IMG/VR virus record: IMGVR_UViG_3300028590_000013
Location: 1 to 64,000 of that record
Length of the DNA stretch: 64,000 bases
Direction: 5' to 3' (one strand)
Source of the DNA: a virus
Part shown: in pieces, positions 35,903 to 46,209 of the stretch
How the letters are laid out: every line of letters starts with the position of its first letter
Position numbering within the stretch: the stretch's first letter is position 1
The notes under the pieces: model-generated
What the model was told of the DNA's origin: nothing
Databases searched by the model: none
What the model saw: only the letters and a program-made list of their open reading frames with translations
Made by a program: the position numbers and the translations under genes

Positions 35903-37990
35903 TCATCGGGCCAAAACGGAAAACCTGCATTGCCGAATCGAAATCACATCGGCGTTTGCAGCACCCGTGATCGTGATTGCGGGGCTTAGAGAGATGATCT
36001 TCTTACCCCCGATTAAGGAGGGCAGAGGTAGCGTGTAGAAGATTCGCTTCCAGCCAGCGGACGCGCTGTAGTAGGTCGGCGATGCATAGGTCGCCGGGGC
36101 CGGCGAACTGAAGGTCCCGTCAGCGTTCCGTGCCCCGCATGTGAGGGAAAGGGTCGTGCCTGCGTTGGAATGCCACTCGACCTCGCACAACAGGAACAGT
36201 TCGCGATATGCGTTCGGCAGGGCAGGCATGAGCGCCAGTCGATCTACCGTAAGGTCGTTCGACTGCATCGACGTGGTGCCGCCTGCACCAACGGTGAACT
36301 GCTCGGCATAGTTGTCACCAACGAGTGCAAAGCCGGTGCGCGTGAGGTTCGTCTTGAGCCAGTAGGCGTTTGAAAAGTCGGGGAAAGCAATTTGCTTGGT
36401 ATTGGCGAACGACCCACTCAGATCGATCAACCCGCCACCACCAAAAAGATCCGAGAAACGGGGCGCCAACCAAGCATTGCTAGTCAACGTTGCGCCGGCG
36501 TCAACAAGCCATGTGTTCAGTTCGTAATAGCCACCGGAAATCACAACGTCGGTGCGGCCCTTGAATCGGAATCCGCGCGAGGCGAAGTCGAGATACGGCG
36601 TGGTCGGATCGACCTTCTTGCAGATACCCTCTGCCGAGCAGCCAATCAAATTGATCGTGCAGTAGGCGACCGTGCCAATCGGCGCCTGTACGAGGAAATA
36701 TCCATCGACTGTGCTGTCGCAGCGGAAGTAGGTTTGAACATACGTTTCGTCCGTGACGTGATCTAGATTGCACACCGAATAAGTGCAATTCAAGAAGCCG
36801 CAGTAGTTGAAATGTTTATAAGCGCCGGCCCATCCGGGCGGGTTTGCCAGAGGTGTTGGGCTGACTCCAAGTTTGCCAATGTCGAAACCAGTGAACTGGC
36901 AGTTTTCAAAGCGGCCACGCGACAGGCCATCCTGAAAAACAAGTGCGGCATTGCCGAACGTGCGCAACGCTGGATCGGAAGCCTCAGGATTGATTCCACC
37001 CACCTTCATGCCATCGATCCGCAAGTTCCGAATGTCGAAGAGGTAGGCGTTCTGAGTGAAGCTGAAACCACTGCAATTCTGAAAGAAGATGCGCGGCGTG
37101 GTCTGGCTGTTGAGTGCTCGGCCCTGACCTTCGCCCACGATGGTGATGGGTCGATCAATCGTGATCGGTGCCGTGCAGAGATACGAGAGTTGCGTGTTCT
37201 CGATGTGCAGCGGAAGTCCAGTCAGCACCTTCGTGTCGGCCGGCACCTCTGTCACCGACAGGTTCTTGCAGGCGTTGACGGCCGCTTGAATGGCGGCGGT
37301 GTCATTCGTGCCGGTCGTCCCGTTCCAGTCGCCCTTCGCCTGGAACCAACTCAGACGCACAACCTGGTCGAAGATGCGTTTCCATCGGCGTGCGGAAGCA
37401 TCCACAATGATCGTGCCGCCGTTGTCGGCGCTCGTCGTGTCGGCGGCATCTCGCTGGAAGGTGCCCGCGATGCCCGGCGTGGTGATGCGAACCCCGGCCG
37501 CCCGGCCTGTATAGGCGCGAAGGGCGGTGTAGTTCTGCATTGGTAGCGCGTTGTCGAAGATGCTCTGAGCCTCGGCAGCGCTGAAGGCGTAGGCCGGCAC
37601 CGTGGCAGGCGTCGAAAGCTCGTCCTGCTTCACCCGCCCATCCAGCGCATCCTGCACTGTGCCCCCCTCGGCAACGCCCACCTCGGTGGCACCAGTGGGA
37701 AGCGCGAGTCCGTTCTTATTGGCGATGACTTGCGCGGCAATGTCGTCGACGGCAATGCCCATCTGCACGAAGGCCGCGTTCATGTCGTCGTAGATGGCCG
37801 CTGCCGCCACGGCTTGATCGCGCGCCTCCTCGGCCGTAACAGCTGCCGCTTCGGCGTCGATCACGGCCTGGTTGATCGTTCCGATCTGCTGCCCCACCTG
37901 CTGCAGACCGTCGTTGAGTTCCGAAAAATTGCCGTCGAGTTCCGCCCAGGTCAGGGGCCGTCCGATGTTGCGGCGCAGTGTGATGGTCAT
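35903..37990 (-). CDS. Tailspike with pectate-lyase-like beta helix
   Basis: AKGD...NDTAAIQAA beta-helix entry motif; shares a module with 33380-35362. Confidence 0.8.
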   Translation of the reverse strand: MTITLRRNIGRPLTWAELDGNFSELNDGLQQVGQQIGTINQAVIDAEAAAVTAEEARDQAVAAAAIYDDMNAAFVQMGIAVDDIAAQVIANKNGLALPTGATEVGVAEGGTVQDALDGRVKQDELSTPATVPAYAFSAAEAQSIFDNALPMQNYTALRAYTGRAAGVRITTPGIAGTFQRDAADTTSADNGGTIIVDASARRWKRIFDQVVRLSWFQAKGDWNGTTGTNDTAAIQAAVNACKNLSVTEVPADTKVLTGLPLHIENTQLSYLCTAPITIDRPITIVGEGQGRALNSQTTPRIFFQNCSGFSFTQNAYLFDIRNLRIDGMKVGGINPEASDPALRTFGNAALVFQDGLSRGRFENCQFTGFDIGKLGVSPTPLANPPGWAGAYKHFNYCGFLNCTYSVCNLDHVTDETYVQTYFRCDSTVDGYFLVQAPIGTVAYCTINLIGCSAEGICKKVDPTTPYLDFASRGFRFKGRTDVVISGGYYELNTWLVDAGATLTSNAWLAPRFSDLFGGGGLIDLSGSFANTKQIAFPDFSNAYWLKTNLTRTGFALVGDNYAEQFTVGAGGTTSMQSNDLTVDRLALMPALPNAYRELFLLCEVEWHSNAGTTLSLTCGARNADGTFSSPAPATYASPTYYSASAGWKRIFYTLPLPSLIGGKKIISLSPAITITGAANADVISIRQCRFSVLAR

Positions 37991-38021
37991 TGAACTGAAC
38001 TCCTGTTTTGTTGTTGGCGCG

Positions 38022-38423
38022 TCAGAGTTGCGCAGCCTGGATGAAGAGCGCGTCGATGGCGGCGCTGTTGAGGCCCACAGACGCCCCCATGCTCGCCACG
38101 AAAGCCGAGGTGCGCTCGTAGGTGGCGGCGTCCCATTCAATGCGCGCGCGGTCCCTTGCCGGGCCTGCCAGCGCTTCGATGGCGTCGATCACCGCTTGAT
38201 ACTTGCCGGCGTCCAGCAAAGCCAGGCGCCCCTGCCGTTTGGTCACGCTGTGGGGCACGGCAACTGGCGGCGCGTAAGCAGCCCACTGACCGCCCACGTA
38301 CTTCCACTTGCCGGGCTCTTTGTTGAAGTCCTCGGCCACTTCCACGAGCTGATCGTTGTTGTTGGAAGCTGCATAGCCGTGCGAGGTCAGAATGCCACTC
38401 GCGTTGATGAATGCGTTTTTCAT
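38022..38423 (-). CDS. Tail-fibre-associated protein
   Basis: VTKRQGRLALL...IEWDAATYERTS...IDALFIQAAQL. Confidence 0.7.
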   Translation of the reverse strand: MKNAFINASGILTSHGYAASNNNDQLVEVAEDFNKEPGKWKYVGGQWAAYAPPVAVPHSVTKRQGRLALLDAGKYQAVIDAIEALAGPARDRARIEWDAATYERTSAFVASMGASVGLNSAAIDALFIQAAQL

Positions 38424-38428
38424 GCTGT

Positions 38429-39448
38429 TCACTCGCCTCCGTTGGGATTTTGGTACGCGTTCACGTGGTGGGTGGATGAGACGGGATTCGCAGCACCGGT
38501 TGCCACCAGGTAAAAGTATTGCTGACCGATATTCGGCATCGGGTAAAGTTGGCCGCCGGTGGTCTCATTGAAAGCGGATTGACCGGTGCCGCCAAAACCA
38601 AGTCGGAAAGTGCTCTCGGTTGCTGTGGGGGCGAGTGTCTGCGTCACGTCGAAAATACCCGTTCCGGCTGCTGGGGTGCAGACAAAATCGCGGATCAGCA
38701 CATTGAAGCTCAGTGCATTAGGCGGCACCAGCGCTGCCACGTTAACGGCAGTCATCGACGTCGCCGTGCCGTTGGTCAGCACGACCTGGCTTGAACCGTA
38801 AGTCGACATCGACCCCTGGAAGCGCACGTTGGCCAAAGTGCCAGTTCCGAGGCGTGCGGCCCCGATGTAGGCGCTTGCCGTGTATCCGGCTGGCAACGTT
38901 GGCGCGGTTGCCGACAAGCTGCAGAGCGTTTGAACCAGCGTCCCGTTGGTGATGAAGAAAAAGTGCACCCAGGTATTGTTCCCGAATGCCGCCGCCTGAT
39001 CGCGACCATTGATGATCGGGCCCGCCGCGTTGATATTGCAGGCGGGCGGCGCGACGGTCGAGAACAGGTATGACGCGCCGCTCGCGGCATCGCGCAGCAA
39101 CACTTCAGCCGCCGTGAAGAGGGCCGTTGTGAAACCGGCGCCCACGGTATTTCCCACGAGGCCCTTCACCCGTGAGCCAGCCGAGGGTTGCGCAGCGGAC
39201 AGAATCGCCGCAATCGCAGCCGGCGTAAGGGTGTCGTCGATGTTCGCAGCCTGGCGGGCGGCGGCCCATTCGGCGAGGCCTGCGGCCATCAACGAGGCCT
39301 GCCGCAGCGCCTTGTTGACGAGGCGCGACGAAGCGACCCCTGGCTTGTTGCCGCTGATACGGCCGCTGTCGGCCAGGTACTCGGCATCGGTGAGCAGATT
39401 CGTACCCAGGTCAGTGGGTACGAATTTTTGAATATTGCTAGAGCCCAT
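38429..39448 (-). CDS. Baseplate-anchored tail fibre protein
   Basis: N-terminal G...GVASS..VNKALRQAS.MAA typical of fibres following DUF2612. Confidence 0.75.
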   Translation of the reverse strand: MGSSNIQKFVPTDLGTNLLTDAEYLADSGRISGNKPGVASSRLVNKALRQASLMAAGLAEWAAARQAANIDDTLTPAAIAAILSAAQPSAGSRVKGLVGNTVGAGFTTALFTAAEVLLRDAASGASYLFSTVAPPACNINAAGPIINGRDQAAAFGNNTWVHFFFITNGTLVQTLCSLSATAPTLPAGYTASAYIGAARLGTGTLANVRFQGSMSTYGSSQVVLTNGTATSMTAVNVAALVPPNALSFNVLIRDFVCTPAAGTGIFDVTQTLAPTATESTFRLGFGGTGQSAFNETTGGQLYPMPNIGQQYFYLVATGAANPVSSTHHVNAYQNPNGGE

Positions 39449-39463
39449 GATTTTGTCCTTCTG

Positions 39464-40189
39464 TTACGGTGAAATTTCCTGCGCCCAGCGCCCGGTGTCC
39501 CAGCCCTGAAGCTCGGGGCTATCTGCATCCCATGCGAAGAGCGGTCCGGTATCAATGGGGATGGCGTAAAAACGGATACGGACGCCCGAAGGCTTCAAAG
39601 GGAAGTAGCCCCCCTCCAAGAGTGCGCGCTGCACAGCGTTGAGGGGATTCCCCACAAAGCCCAGCGTCATCGTCATGTCCTGGTTGTCTTGAACGATGAT
39701 GGTCTGGGCCCCAGCAAAAACAATACCCCAGATGCGCTCTGCCCCCTCCATGGTCCCATCCCACGCATTGGCAGCGATCTTTGCGCGAATGAGCTGGCGA
39801 TAGTCCTCATCACCAAGCTCTGCAAGCCCTGAATCGGGATCGAACAAGCCCTGCCATACCCCAGAGTCCCAGCCCAGAAGTGGCGTGGCATCCCAGCTGA
39901 AGTAGACGTTCTCCAAGGGGATCGGAATGCGGCGGCTAATGCCCACCCACTCGCCGTCAATGTCGAGTTGCTTGCCCACAGCCACGTCCAGGTTGAAGCC
40001 TGAGATCATGTCCTGGCAGGCGAGCTGCATGTCAAGGGCGGGATTCGTCAGAGCCTCCACGGTTGCCATGAACCGTGGCTTGTCGCGATGCTCGCTGGTG
40101 ATGAGTCCTGAGTAGTCGACGCCAATATCGCCGTAAGCGTAGCCCGGTGGCATCCAGTACCCGGGCACACTGTAGGTGCGCCCGCTCAT
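39464..40189 (-). CDS. Baseplate protein (DUF2612-like)
   Basis: LITSEH..KP.F, AVGKQLD..GEWVG..R, YR.LIRAKI..N.WDG, QDNQDMTM. Confidence 0.85.
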   Translation of the reverse strand: MSGRTYSVPGYWMPPGYAYGDIGVDYSGLITSEHRDKPRFMATVEALTNPALDMQLACQDMISGFNLDVAVGKQLDIDGEWVGISRRIPIPLENVYFSWDATPLLGWDSGVWQGLFDPDSGLAELGDEDYRQLIRAKIAANAWDGTMEGAERIWGIVFAGAQTIIVQDNQDMTMTLGFVGNPLNAVQRALLEGGYFPLKPSGVRIRFYAIPIDTGPLFAWDADSPELQGWDTGRWAQEISP

Positions 40190-41415
40190 GGCACGACCAC
40201 CAGCTCAACGTCTTCGGGATCGCAAACAGCGCGGGCATTGAATGCGATGGTGACGTCAGCATCAGCAGGGACCGCGGGGTCAATGGCGAGCAGAACCTCG
40301 TTCACCTCGAAGGTCCGCGCCTGGGCGGCGAGCAAGGGATCAAAGATGTTCGTCACCGGATCCATGCCGAAGTAGAACTGCGCGGGCCCGTAGATGCGGC
40401 CCTGATCCACGCGCCCACCAATCTCCAGGCCGGAGATGTAGGCCGCCACCATAGTCTGGATTTGCAGGCCAATGGCGGTCGTGTAGCCACTGCGCGCCTT
40501 GACGGTGATCTTGACCTTAATCCGCGTTGCATCTGCCACGAAGTAGCGAATGAAATAGAGAATCCCCGTGGCGCTCGTGACTTCGACCACCGTGGTGCCA
40601 TGCGTGTAGGCCCCCGGTGTCTTCTTTCGCAAGTAGGTGTTGGCGATCTCCTGCGGATCACCACCCACGGTCACGATGGCCGTCGAGTGCTCAGGCAGCC
40701 CGTTGCCATCAGTGGTGTCGGTGTCATTCTCATAGCCCTTGACCTCTTGCACCCCTGGAAGGTTGGCGATGGCCCCCACAATGCCGTCAAGGACGGTCTG
40801 GGAGGGCAGGGCCGTGCTCATGGTTTGGCGGCGACGTAGGGCCGCGTCTGTCTCCACAGGAGCCCCTGGGGTAGCAGCTGCTGGATTGGTCACGCTTTGC
40901 CAGCCCAGTGTGGGTGTGGCGATCTGCGTGATGGTTCCCGCCTCGGCCTCGATAGCGCCCTCGTCGGCGGCCGTGGCGAGCACGTTCACAAAGCCTGCAG
41001 GAGGAATGACGACAAAGACCGGGAGGTTCCAACGTCGGCCTTGGTCATCCGTGGCGACGCCGCCCGTGATCGTGGCGCCGACATTGCCCTCGATCACCAG
41101 GGTGGCCGTGCTCCGGCTCGCCACTTGGCGGGCGATGCCATTGAGCTTCACGTTGTTGCTCAGCGCCGTGAACTGCCCAGTGCTTGGCGAGAAGCTGTGG
41201 AAGGTGGCGATGATCGAATCGTTGGCATCGCTGAAGCCCTTGGCAACCACGGCGAGGAGCTGGCCGTCCTGGCTGTCGGGAGCGATGTAGGCGTCCGTGC
41301 CATAGATCTGCTGGAAGCTCGTTTGCAAGGACTCATAGATCTCGGCATAGGTCGGTGCCACGGGGCCGCTGGGCGTGAGCGTGACGGCCAGAGAGGGGAG
41401 GGGATAGGCTGGCAT
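40186..41415 (-). CDS. Baseplate J-like protein
   Basis: DSQDGQ, GWQSVTN, ETDAALR.R, YENDT, V.GG. Confidence 0.88.
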   Translation of the reverse strand: MPAYPLPSLAVTLTPSGPVAPTYAEIYESLQTSFQQIYGTDAYIAPDSQDGQLLAVVAKGFSDANDSIIATFHSFSPSTGQFTALSNNVKLNGIARQVASRSTATLVIEGNVGATITGGVATDDQGRRWNLPVFVVIPPAGFVNVLATAADEGAIEAEAGTITQIATPTLGWQSVTNPAAATPGAPVETDAALRRRQTMSTALPSQTVLDGIVGAIANLPGVQEVKGYENDTDTTDGNGLPEHSTAIVTVGGDPQEIANTYLRKKTPGAYTHGTTVVEVTSATGILYFIRYFVADATRIKVKITVKARSGYTTAIGLQIQTMVAAYISGLEIGGRVDQGRIYGPAQFYFGMDPVTNIFDPLLAAQARTFEVNEVLLAIDPAVPADADVTIAFNARAVCDPEDVELVVVP

Positions 41416-41762
41416 TAGAAGACCTTATCGAGGTTAATGGTTGTCGGCCCATAGATGGTGTCGATGGCTGCCACCACTCTGAAGTTGCGCACCTCGACGG
41501 TGCTGTAGTACTTGGTCAACCGCGTGACGCCCGGCGTTTCGAGGATGCGGGTCTTCACCGCGATATCTCGAGTCAGCGCCGTGCGGTTGCCCAGGATGCG
41601 CTGCAGGTTCAAGCCTTCGCGAGTATCGAGGAACCACTCGTCTGTGAAGAGGCGCAAGCGCGTGAGGACGGCTTGCGCCACCGTAGCCGGGCTGTTGATG
41701 AGGAAGCGCGAGTTCCCGAAGAACTGGTAATCGCCGTTCGCATCCATGGCTCTGTATCGCAT
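41415..41762 (-). CDS. Baseplate wedge protein
   Basis: MRYR.MD.NGDY.F...VAQAV.TRLRLF..EWFLD...IL.TPGV...TIYG. Confidence 0.75.
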   Translation of the reverse strand: MRYRAMDANGDYQFFGNSRFLINSPATVAQAVLTRLRLFTDEWFLDTREGLNLQRILGNRTALTRDIAVKTRILETPGVTRLTKYYSTVEVRNFRVVAAIDTIYGPTTINLDKVF

Positions 41763-41771
41763 AGGGCCTCC

Positions 41772-42629
41772 TTAATTGACCACGGCCGTGCTGTCACCGC
41801 CAATGGTGACTCCGCCATGGGTGTGCGTGTCCGTGAGGTTCTTGCCGTTGTAGGTGAAGGTGCCGCCGACATAGGCCGTTGCCACGTTGCTGTAGGCCAT
41901 GGAGCCGCCGCTGATGCTCATGTTCATGTTCGTCATGGTCACCGTGCCAGCGCCGCCGCCAACCCCCAGCCAGCTCATGTTGCCCAGGAAGGCAATGATG
42001 GGCGATGCCACGCCGAAGCTGGTGGCCGCCGTGCTCTGGATGACAGGCGCCTGCAGGTCGATCCGCGTGCCGCTCTTGATGAGCACGTCGTCATCGGCAT
42101 CCGCCTCGAACTTGCCACTCGTCTTGACGCGCACCAAGTGACTCTCGGGGTCGATCTCCACAAAAGCCTCCCCGTCGTTGCTACGGAACTGAGCGCGCGT
42201 TGTCGAGATATCCGAGATGACGCGAGGCACCGAGGAAACGCCCACAAAGGCGAAGCCATCGCTGAGGTCGTGCATTCGGATGTCAGCCTGAACCTGAATA
42301 CCACCACTTTGCCACCAAGCATCAATGCAGCGATTAGCGAAGACGACGAGGGCCTCATCTCCGCTCTTGATGGGGAAGGTCATGGTGACGCCACCGCCCT
42401 CAGGGAAGTGCACAGGTAAGTCCACGAGGAGGGGGAGGGCGATCCACTGGAAGCTGCCATCCGGGTTTTGCGCCTGGGCCTTCACAACGGGCTGGGCCGT
42501 CACCGTGCGCTTCTCAGGGTTGAAGCTCTGGATGAGGGCAGGCATGCTCGTGTAGATCTCCGACTGCATGCCCTGGAAGGCGGCAAGCAATGCGGTCTGT
42601 TGGCTGGCGCTTCGTTCTCGCCTATCCAT
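41772..42629 (-). CDS. Baseplate central spike (Gp138/gpV-like)
   Basis: PVHFP.GGG, GDE.LVVF..RCID.WW, RMHDLSDG, C-terminal HTHGGV. Confidence 0.85.
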   Translation of the reverse strand: MDRRERSASQQTALLAAFQGMQSEIYTSMPALIQSFNPEKRTVTAQPVVKAQAQNPDGSFQWIALPLLVDLPVHFPEGGGVTMTFPIKSGDEALVVFANRCIDAWWQSGGIQVQADIRMHDLSDGFAFVGVSSVPRVISDISTTRAQFRSNDGEAFVEIDPESHLVRVKTSGKFEADADDDVLIKSGTRIDLQAPVIQSTAATSFGVASPIIAFLGNMSWLGVGGGAGTVTMTNMNMSISGGSMAYSNVATAYVGGTFTYNGKNLTDTHTHGGVTIGGDSTAVVN

Positions 42630-43575
42630 AGGGTTTCACCTTTTTCGTAACGAGGTCGACGGCTAGGCAGACGAGGTCAACATACCACTCGGGGCCTCGC
42701 GTGTCGCCAACAAACTCAGCGCTGTAGATCCGATAGATGCCGTCGTCCGCGATGCTCGCGAATTGCTGAACTCCAGCCCAGCGGTCGTAGGGCACTTGGC
42801 CGCCGACGATGGCAGCCTCGGGGCTGTTCTCCGTGCGGTTGATGCTTCTGTTGTCGATCTTCACGAGGGCACCGATGACGAGCTTCGGGTTGATGAGCGC
42901 GCGACAGCGCATGCCGTCCTCTGTTTGCTCCACGCGGCCAATGAGGCCAGAAGCCGATGTGAGCACCACGGCCTCACTGGGCAGGTAGCCATCCAGGGGA
43001 ATGACATTCACTCGCCCGTTGGAGATCGTCCAGGTGGCACCTTGGGCCGCAGTCTCCTGCCGCAATGCAGCCCGAGCCAGGCCGAAGAGCACCTTCCCAC
43101 GGGGCAGCACGCCTCCCGTGCTGGGGACGAGCACCTTGCCGCTCTCTACGCCCTGTGGGGCCATAGCCCCGATCATTGCGCCGAGGCGCTGTGCGGGCGT
43201 GCTTCCCGAAGCCAACGTGGCATTGACCAAGGAGAAGTTGTACGCCATGTCGCCATCAGCCGCGAGGATGTCCAGGTACGTCGAGATGCCCGTGGGATCC
43301 TTGACGTCGCGGAATTGCTTGATGGTGCCCTGGAAAATGACGCCGAAGGCGCTGTTCTCGTAGCCTGCCTGGAGCACGACCTTGCTGTATTCGCCCTTTA
43401 CCTGGTTGACCGTGTCCTCGCTGAGATTGAAGACGCGAATGGCGCAGTTGTCCGGGCTCTCCTCGTCGGCTTGCCGCGTGGAGAACTTGAACTGCATCTC
43501 GCTCAGGTCAAGAGCCTTCTCACCCTCGACAAGGAGCAAGGAGGCCTTGCGCAGGTATTGGCTATCGGGTTCCAT
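42622..43575 (-). CDS. Baseplate hub protein
   Basis: VFNLS, LQAGY, IFQG.I, AADGD, GLIG, LINP, GDTRG.EWY. Confidence 0.8.
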   Translation of the reverse strand: MEPDSQYLRKASLLLVEGEKALDLSEMQFKFSTRQADEESPDNCAIRVFNLSEDTVNQVKGEYSKVVLQAGYENSAFGVIFQGTIKQFRDVKDPTGISTYLDILAADGDMAYNFSLVNATLASGSTPAQRLGAMIGAMAPQGVESGKVLVPSTGGVLPRGKVLFGLARAALRQETAAQGATWTISNGRVNVIPLDGYLPSEAVVLTSASGLIGRVEQTEDGMRCRALINPKLVIGALVKIDNRSINRTENSPEAAIVGGQVPYDRWAGVQQFASIADDGIYRIYSAEFVGDTRGPEWYVDLVCLAVDLVTKKVKPYG

Positions 43576-43576
43576 G

Positions 43577-43894
43577 TCAGTCCTCGACTACAAAAAAGAG
43601 GCGCCCCGCGGTGCCCAGGTTCTCCAGCGTTGGAACGGCATCGGTGTCGCCATCGGTTTGCACGATCAGCATGCCGCCAAACTTCATGTAGGCGTACTGG
43701 CCAAGGAGGTCAGCGCCCGTCACCAGCGGGATACCAGAGAGCATTGCCACGCGGTCCTGATCGGCAATGTCCAGGCTCCAGCAGCTCCCCGTGATGTTCC
43801 AGCGCAACGTGAGGAAGTAAGTGACCCCCGCCAGCTGGATGTTGAAGAGCTGCGGCTGTGCACTGAGAGGGATCTCGTAGGCTGTGCGGCTCAT
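43577..43894 (-). CDS. Baseplate/tail protein
   Basis: EIPL...PQ.F.I.L.G..Y, W.LDI, GIPLVTG.DLL.QY. Confidence 0.7.
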   Translation of the reverse strand: MSRTAYEIPLSAQPQLFNIQLAGVTYFLTLRWNITGSCWSLDIADQDRVAMLSGIPLVTGADLLGQYAYMKFGGMLIVQTDGDTDAVPTLENLGTAGRLFFVVED

Positions 43895-44562
43895 GGCGTG
43901 ACTCCTCCCGTAGCCGAGGCTGCGGCACTTGCTTCACCTGCCGTCGCGTTGTACTTGTTGCCATCGGCGAGCTGCTTGGTGCCCTTCTCGACGACTGGTG
44001 CCGTAGACTCGGGCTCCTGCTGGGCTTCGGGAGGCGCGCCCACTGCCACGACCTGCGTGGTGACGATCTGGACTTCGCGGCACTCGATGGTCAGCACCAT
44101 CGAGTTCTCATTCTCCTTGTCCGAGAGCGTGTCCATACTACGGATCAGCATGTTCTTGTAGATCCGCTTTCCCGTGAGGATCTCGAAGGGGATTCGAGAG
44201 GCTTGGAGCTGCCGCATGTTTTCGTACATGTCCCGCAAGGAACCCACGCCCTCACCACTGGTCATAGAGGTGAGGCCAGAAAGGCCATCGAAGGCGCCGC
44301 CGTCATCGAGCAGGGAACCCACGTCGGAGTCTCCCCCCGGGCTCTCACTCCAACCCGCACGGATAGTCACGCTGCTAGGCAGCATGAAAGCGTGGTCGCT
44401 GATGACGGCGCCGCTCTCCACCGGGTGGTCCGTGATGACCATCTCATCACGGTGGCGCTCTTCGATGGTGACCTGTGCGGTGAAGGGGCCAATCATGCGC
44501 ACAGGCGTCACTTGGATGACCTGCTCGCCGGCGTCAAGGCCCGGGTTCAGGAAGCCGATCAT
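43891..44562 (-). CDS. Tail tube initiator / Dit-like protein
   Basis: EE.H.D...ITDHPVE.G..ISDHA, TGKR.Y.NMLI. Confidence 0.75.
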   Translation of the reverse strand: MIGFLNPGLDAGEQVIQVTPVRMIGPFTAQVTIEERHRDEMVITDHPVESGAVISDHAFMLPSSVTIRAGWSESPGGDSDVGSLLDDGGAFDGLSGLTSMTSGEGVGSLRDMYENMRQLQASRIPFEILTGKRIYKNMLIRSMDTLSDKENENSMVLTIECREVQIVTTQVVAVGAPPEAQQEPESTAPVVEKGTKQLADGNKYNATAGEASAAASATGGVTP

Positions 44563-46205
44563 TACTGTACCCTCGGTTTCATGTTGCGCACCACGTCAGA
44601 GTTGGCGTTGTTGATCTCCGCCCCCACGGCCTTCGCGGCTTGGTTGGGATCGCTGACACCGCTGATGCTGATGTGATTGGTCTGAGTGAAGCTGCCTGCG
44701 GCTTGGCCGCCGCCACCGGCGATAGCCGCCATGTAGCCGCGCGTCTCGGCGGGGGCGCGCCCCAGGCCCTTGCGGTCCACGTTGCCTTCACCCCAGTTGT
44801 AGGCAGCCGCCGCCTTGTTCTGGTCGCCGTCGTACTTCTTAAGCAGATTGCTATACATCTTGGCGGCAGCCGTGGCGCTCTGGTCGAGGTCGTTGGGATC
44901 CGAGAGCCCATACTGCTTGGCCGTGGCAGGCATGAACTGGAAGTGCCCTTGTGCCCCCGCACTCGAGAGCATGGATCCACCGCGGCGGCTCTCCTGGGCC
45001 CAAACGCGGCCCAGCCACCCCTTGGGCAGCCCATACTGCTTCTCCAGCTTGGCGAAGAGGGGCGCCGCCTTTTCGGCAGCCGCAGCCTGGCGCGCCACCT
45101 CGGCTTTGCTTGCCTTGGGGCCTGGAGCGGGGCCGCCATCGGCCAACGTGCCACCAGAAGGGGCCGCAACGGGCGCAGAGGAGGGCGCAGCCACGGAGGG
45201 AGGGGGAGTGCCTCCCGTCTTGAAAGCGGCGTCGTCCTGGGCCGTATCCACGCTCGCTTCGTTGGCGATGGGCCGCGCATACTTCTTACTCCCTGCAGAA
45301 CGCATGAAGTCCTCGTACTTGCCGCGAATCCATCCGGTAACCCCGGTACGAGCTGCTGTGCTCTCGCCTTCACTGATGCCAAGGCGCTCCTTGCTCTCCT
45401 TGCTCATCTCCACGCCGCCGCCCGTGGGCTTCAGGCCCACGCCTTCTAGCAGCCGTGACCAGATGTCGCCCTGCTGGACGATCTTGATCCAATCGCTGAG
45501 CACCTCACGGCTCACTGCGCTCACCTCCAGCAACTTCGGGAGGAGGGCGATGGCGAGAGTGTCCTTGAAGAGGCCGAGGACTTCATACGTCTCGCGCCAG
45601 CTGTTGGCGATGTCCACGCTCGCCTTGGCTGCCTTGTCTTGATCTATGCCAAAAGCCGCCGCCATCTCCTTGCGCTGAGCATTGGCCGCCTTCAGCTTGT
45701 CCAGGCCATCCTGCAACATGAAGAGGGTATCTGGGTCAATGCCGAAGAGGTTGGCGTACTTCTCAGCCACGAAGAATGGCATCTTCTTCAGCTGGGTGAC
45801 GAGGTCTACCAGCACGTCGCTCTTATCGCGGCCCTTCACTTGCACGCCGAGGCTGTTCAGGAGGCCCGTGAGACCTGGGTTGCTCCGCAGGTTGCGGGCC
45901 ACGGCTTCAAGGCTCTCCTGAACGTTCTTGACGCCTACATTGCGCGCCGCGTAGTCCAAGGCCCTCATGCTCCCCACAGCGCTATCCGTTCTCCGGCTAG
46001 CGTAGTAGAGTTTCTCCATGCTGTAGGCGAACGTCGAGACCATGGCGACCGCTGCCGTGCCAACGCCAATGAGGGACTTGCCGAGCTTATCGGCGCGCTT
46101 GTCCCAGTTCTTCAGCCCATCGTCGAACTTCTTGCCTTCCTTCTCATCGACCTTGAAGCCAAGGCTGATGAGGTACTCACGCAAGATTGTCGAATTGTCG
46201 GCCAT
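44562..46205 (-). CDS. Tape measure protein with C-terminal lytic transglycosylase
   Basis: EYLISLGF N-terminus; QES, GAQG.FQFMP.TA, AAYNWGEG, ETRGY. Confidence 0.88.
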   Translation of the reverse strand: MADNSTILREYLISLGFKVDEKEGKKFDDGLKNWDKRADKLGKSLIGVGTAAVAMVSTFAYSMEKLYYASRRTDSAVGSMRALDYAARNVGVKNVQESLEAVARNLRSNPGLTGLLNSLGVQVKGRDKSDVLVDLVTQLKKMPFFVAEKYANLFGIDPDTLFMLQDGLDKLKAANAQRKEMAAAFGIDQDKAAKASVDIANSWRETYEVLGLFKDTLAIALLPKLLEVSAVSREVLSDWIKIVQQGDIWSRLLEGVGLKPTGGGVEMSKESKERLGISEGESTAARTGVTGWIRGKYEDFMRSAGSKKYARPIANEASVDTAQDDAAFKTGGTPPPSVAAPSSAPVAAPSGGTLADGGPAPGPKASKAEVARQAAAAEKAAPLFAKLEKQYGLPKGWLGRVWAQESRRGGSMLSSAGAQGHFQFMPATAKQYGLSDPNDLDQSATAAAKMYSNLLKKYDGDQNKAAAAYNWGEGNVDRKGLGRAPAETRGYMAAIAGGGGQAAGSFTQTNHISISGVSDPNQAAKAVGAEINNANSDVVRNMKPRVQ

Positions 46206-46209
46206 GCGG

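Noticed and set aside
33380-37990. Diversity-generating retroelement or invertible tail-fibre cassette
   Set aside because: No reverse transcriptase or invertase; the shared segment is co-oriented and its differences are not adenine-specific
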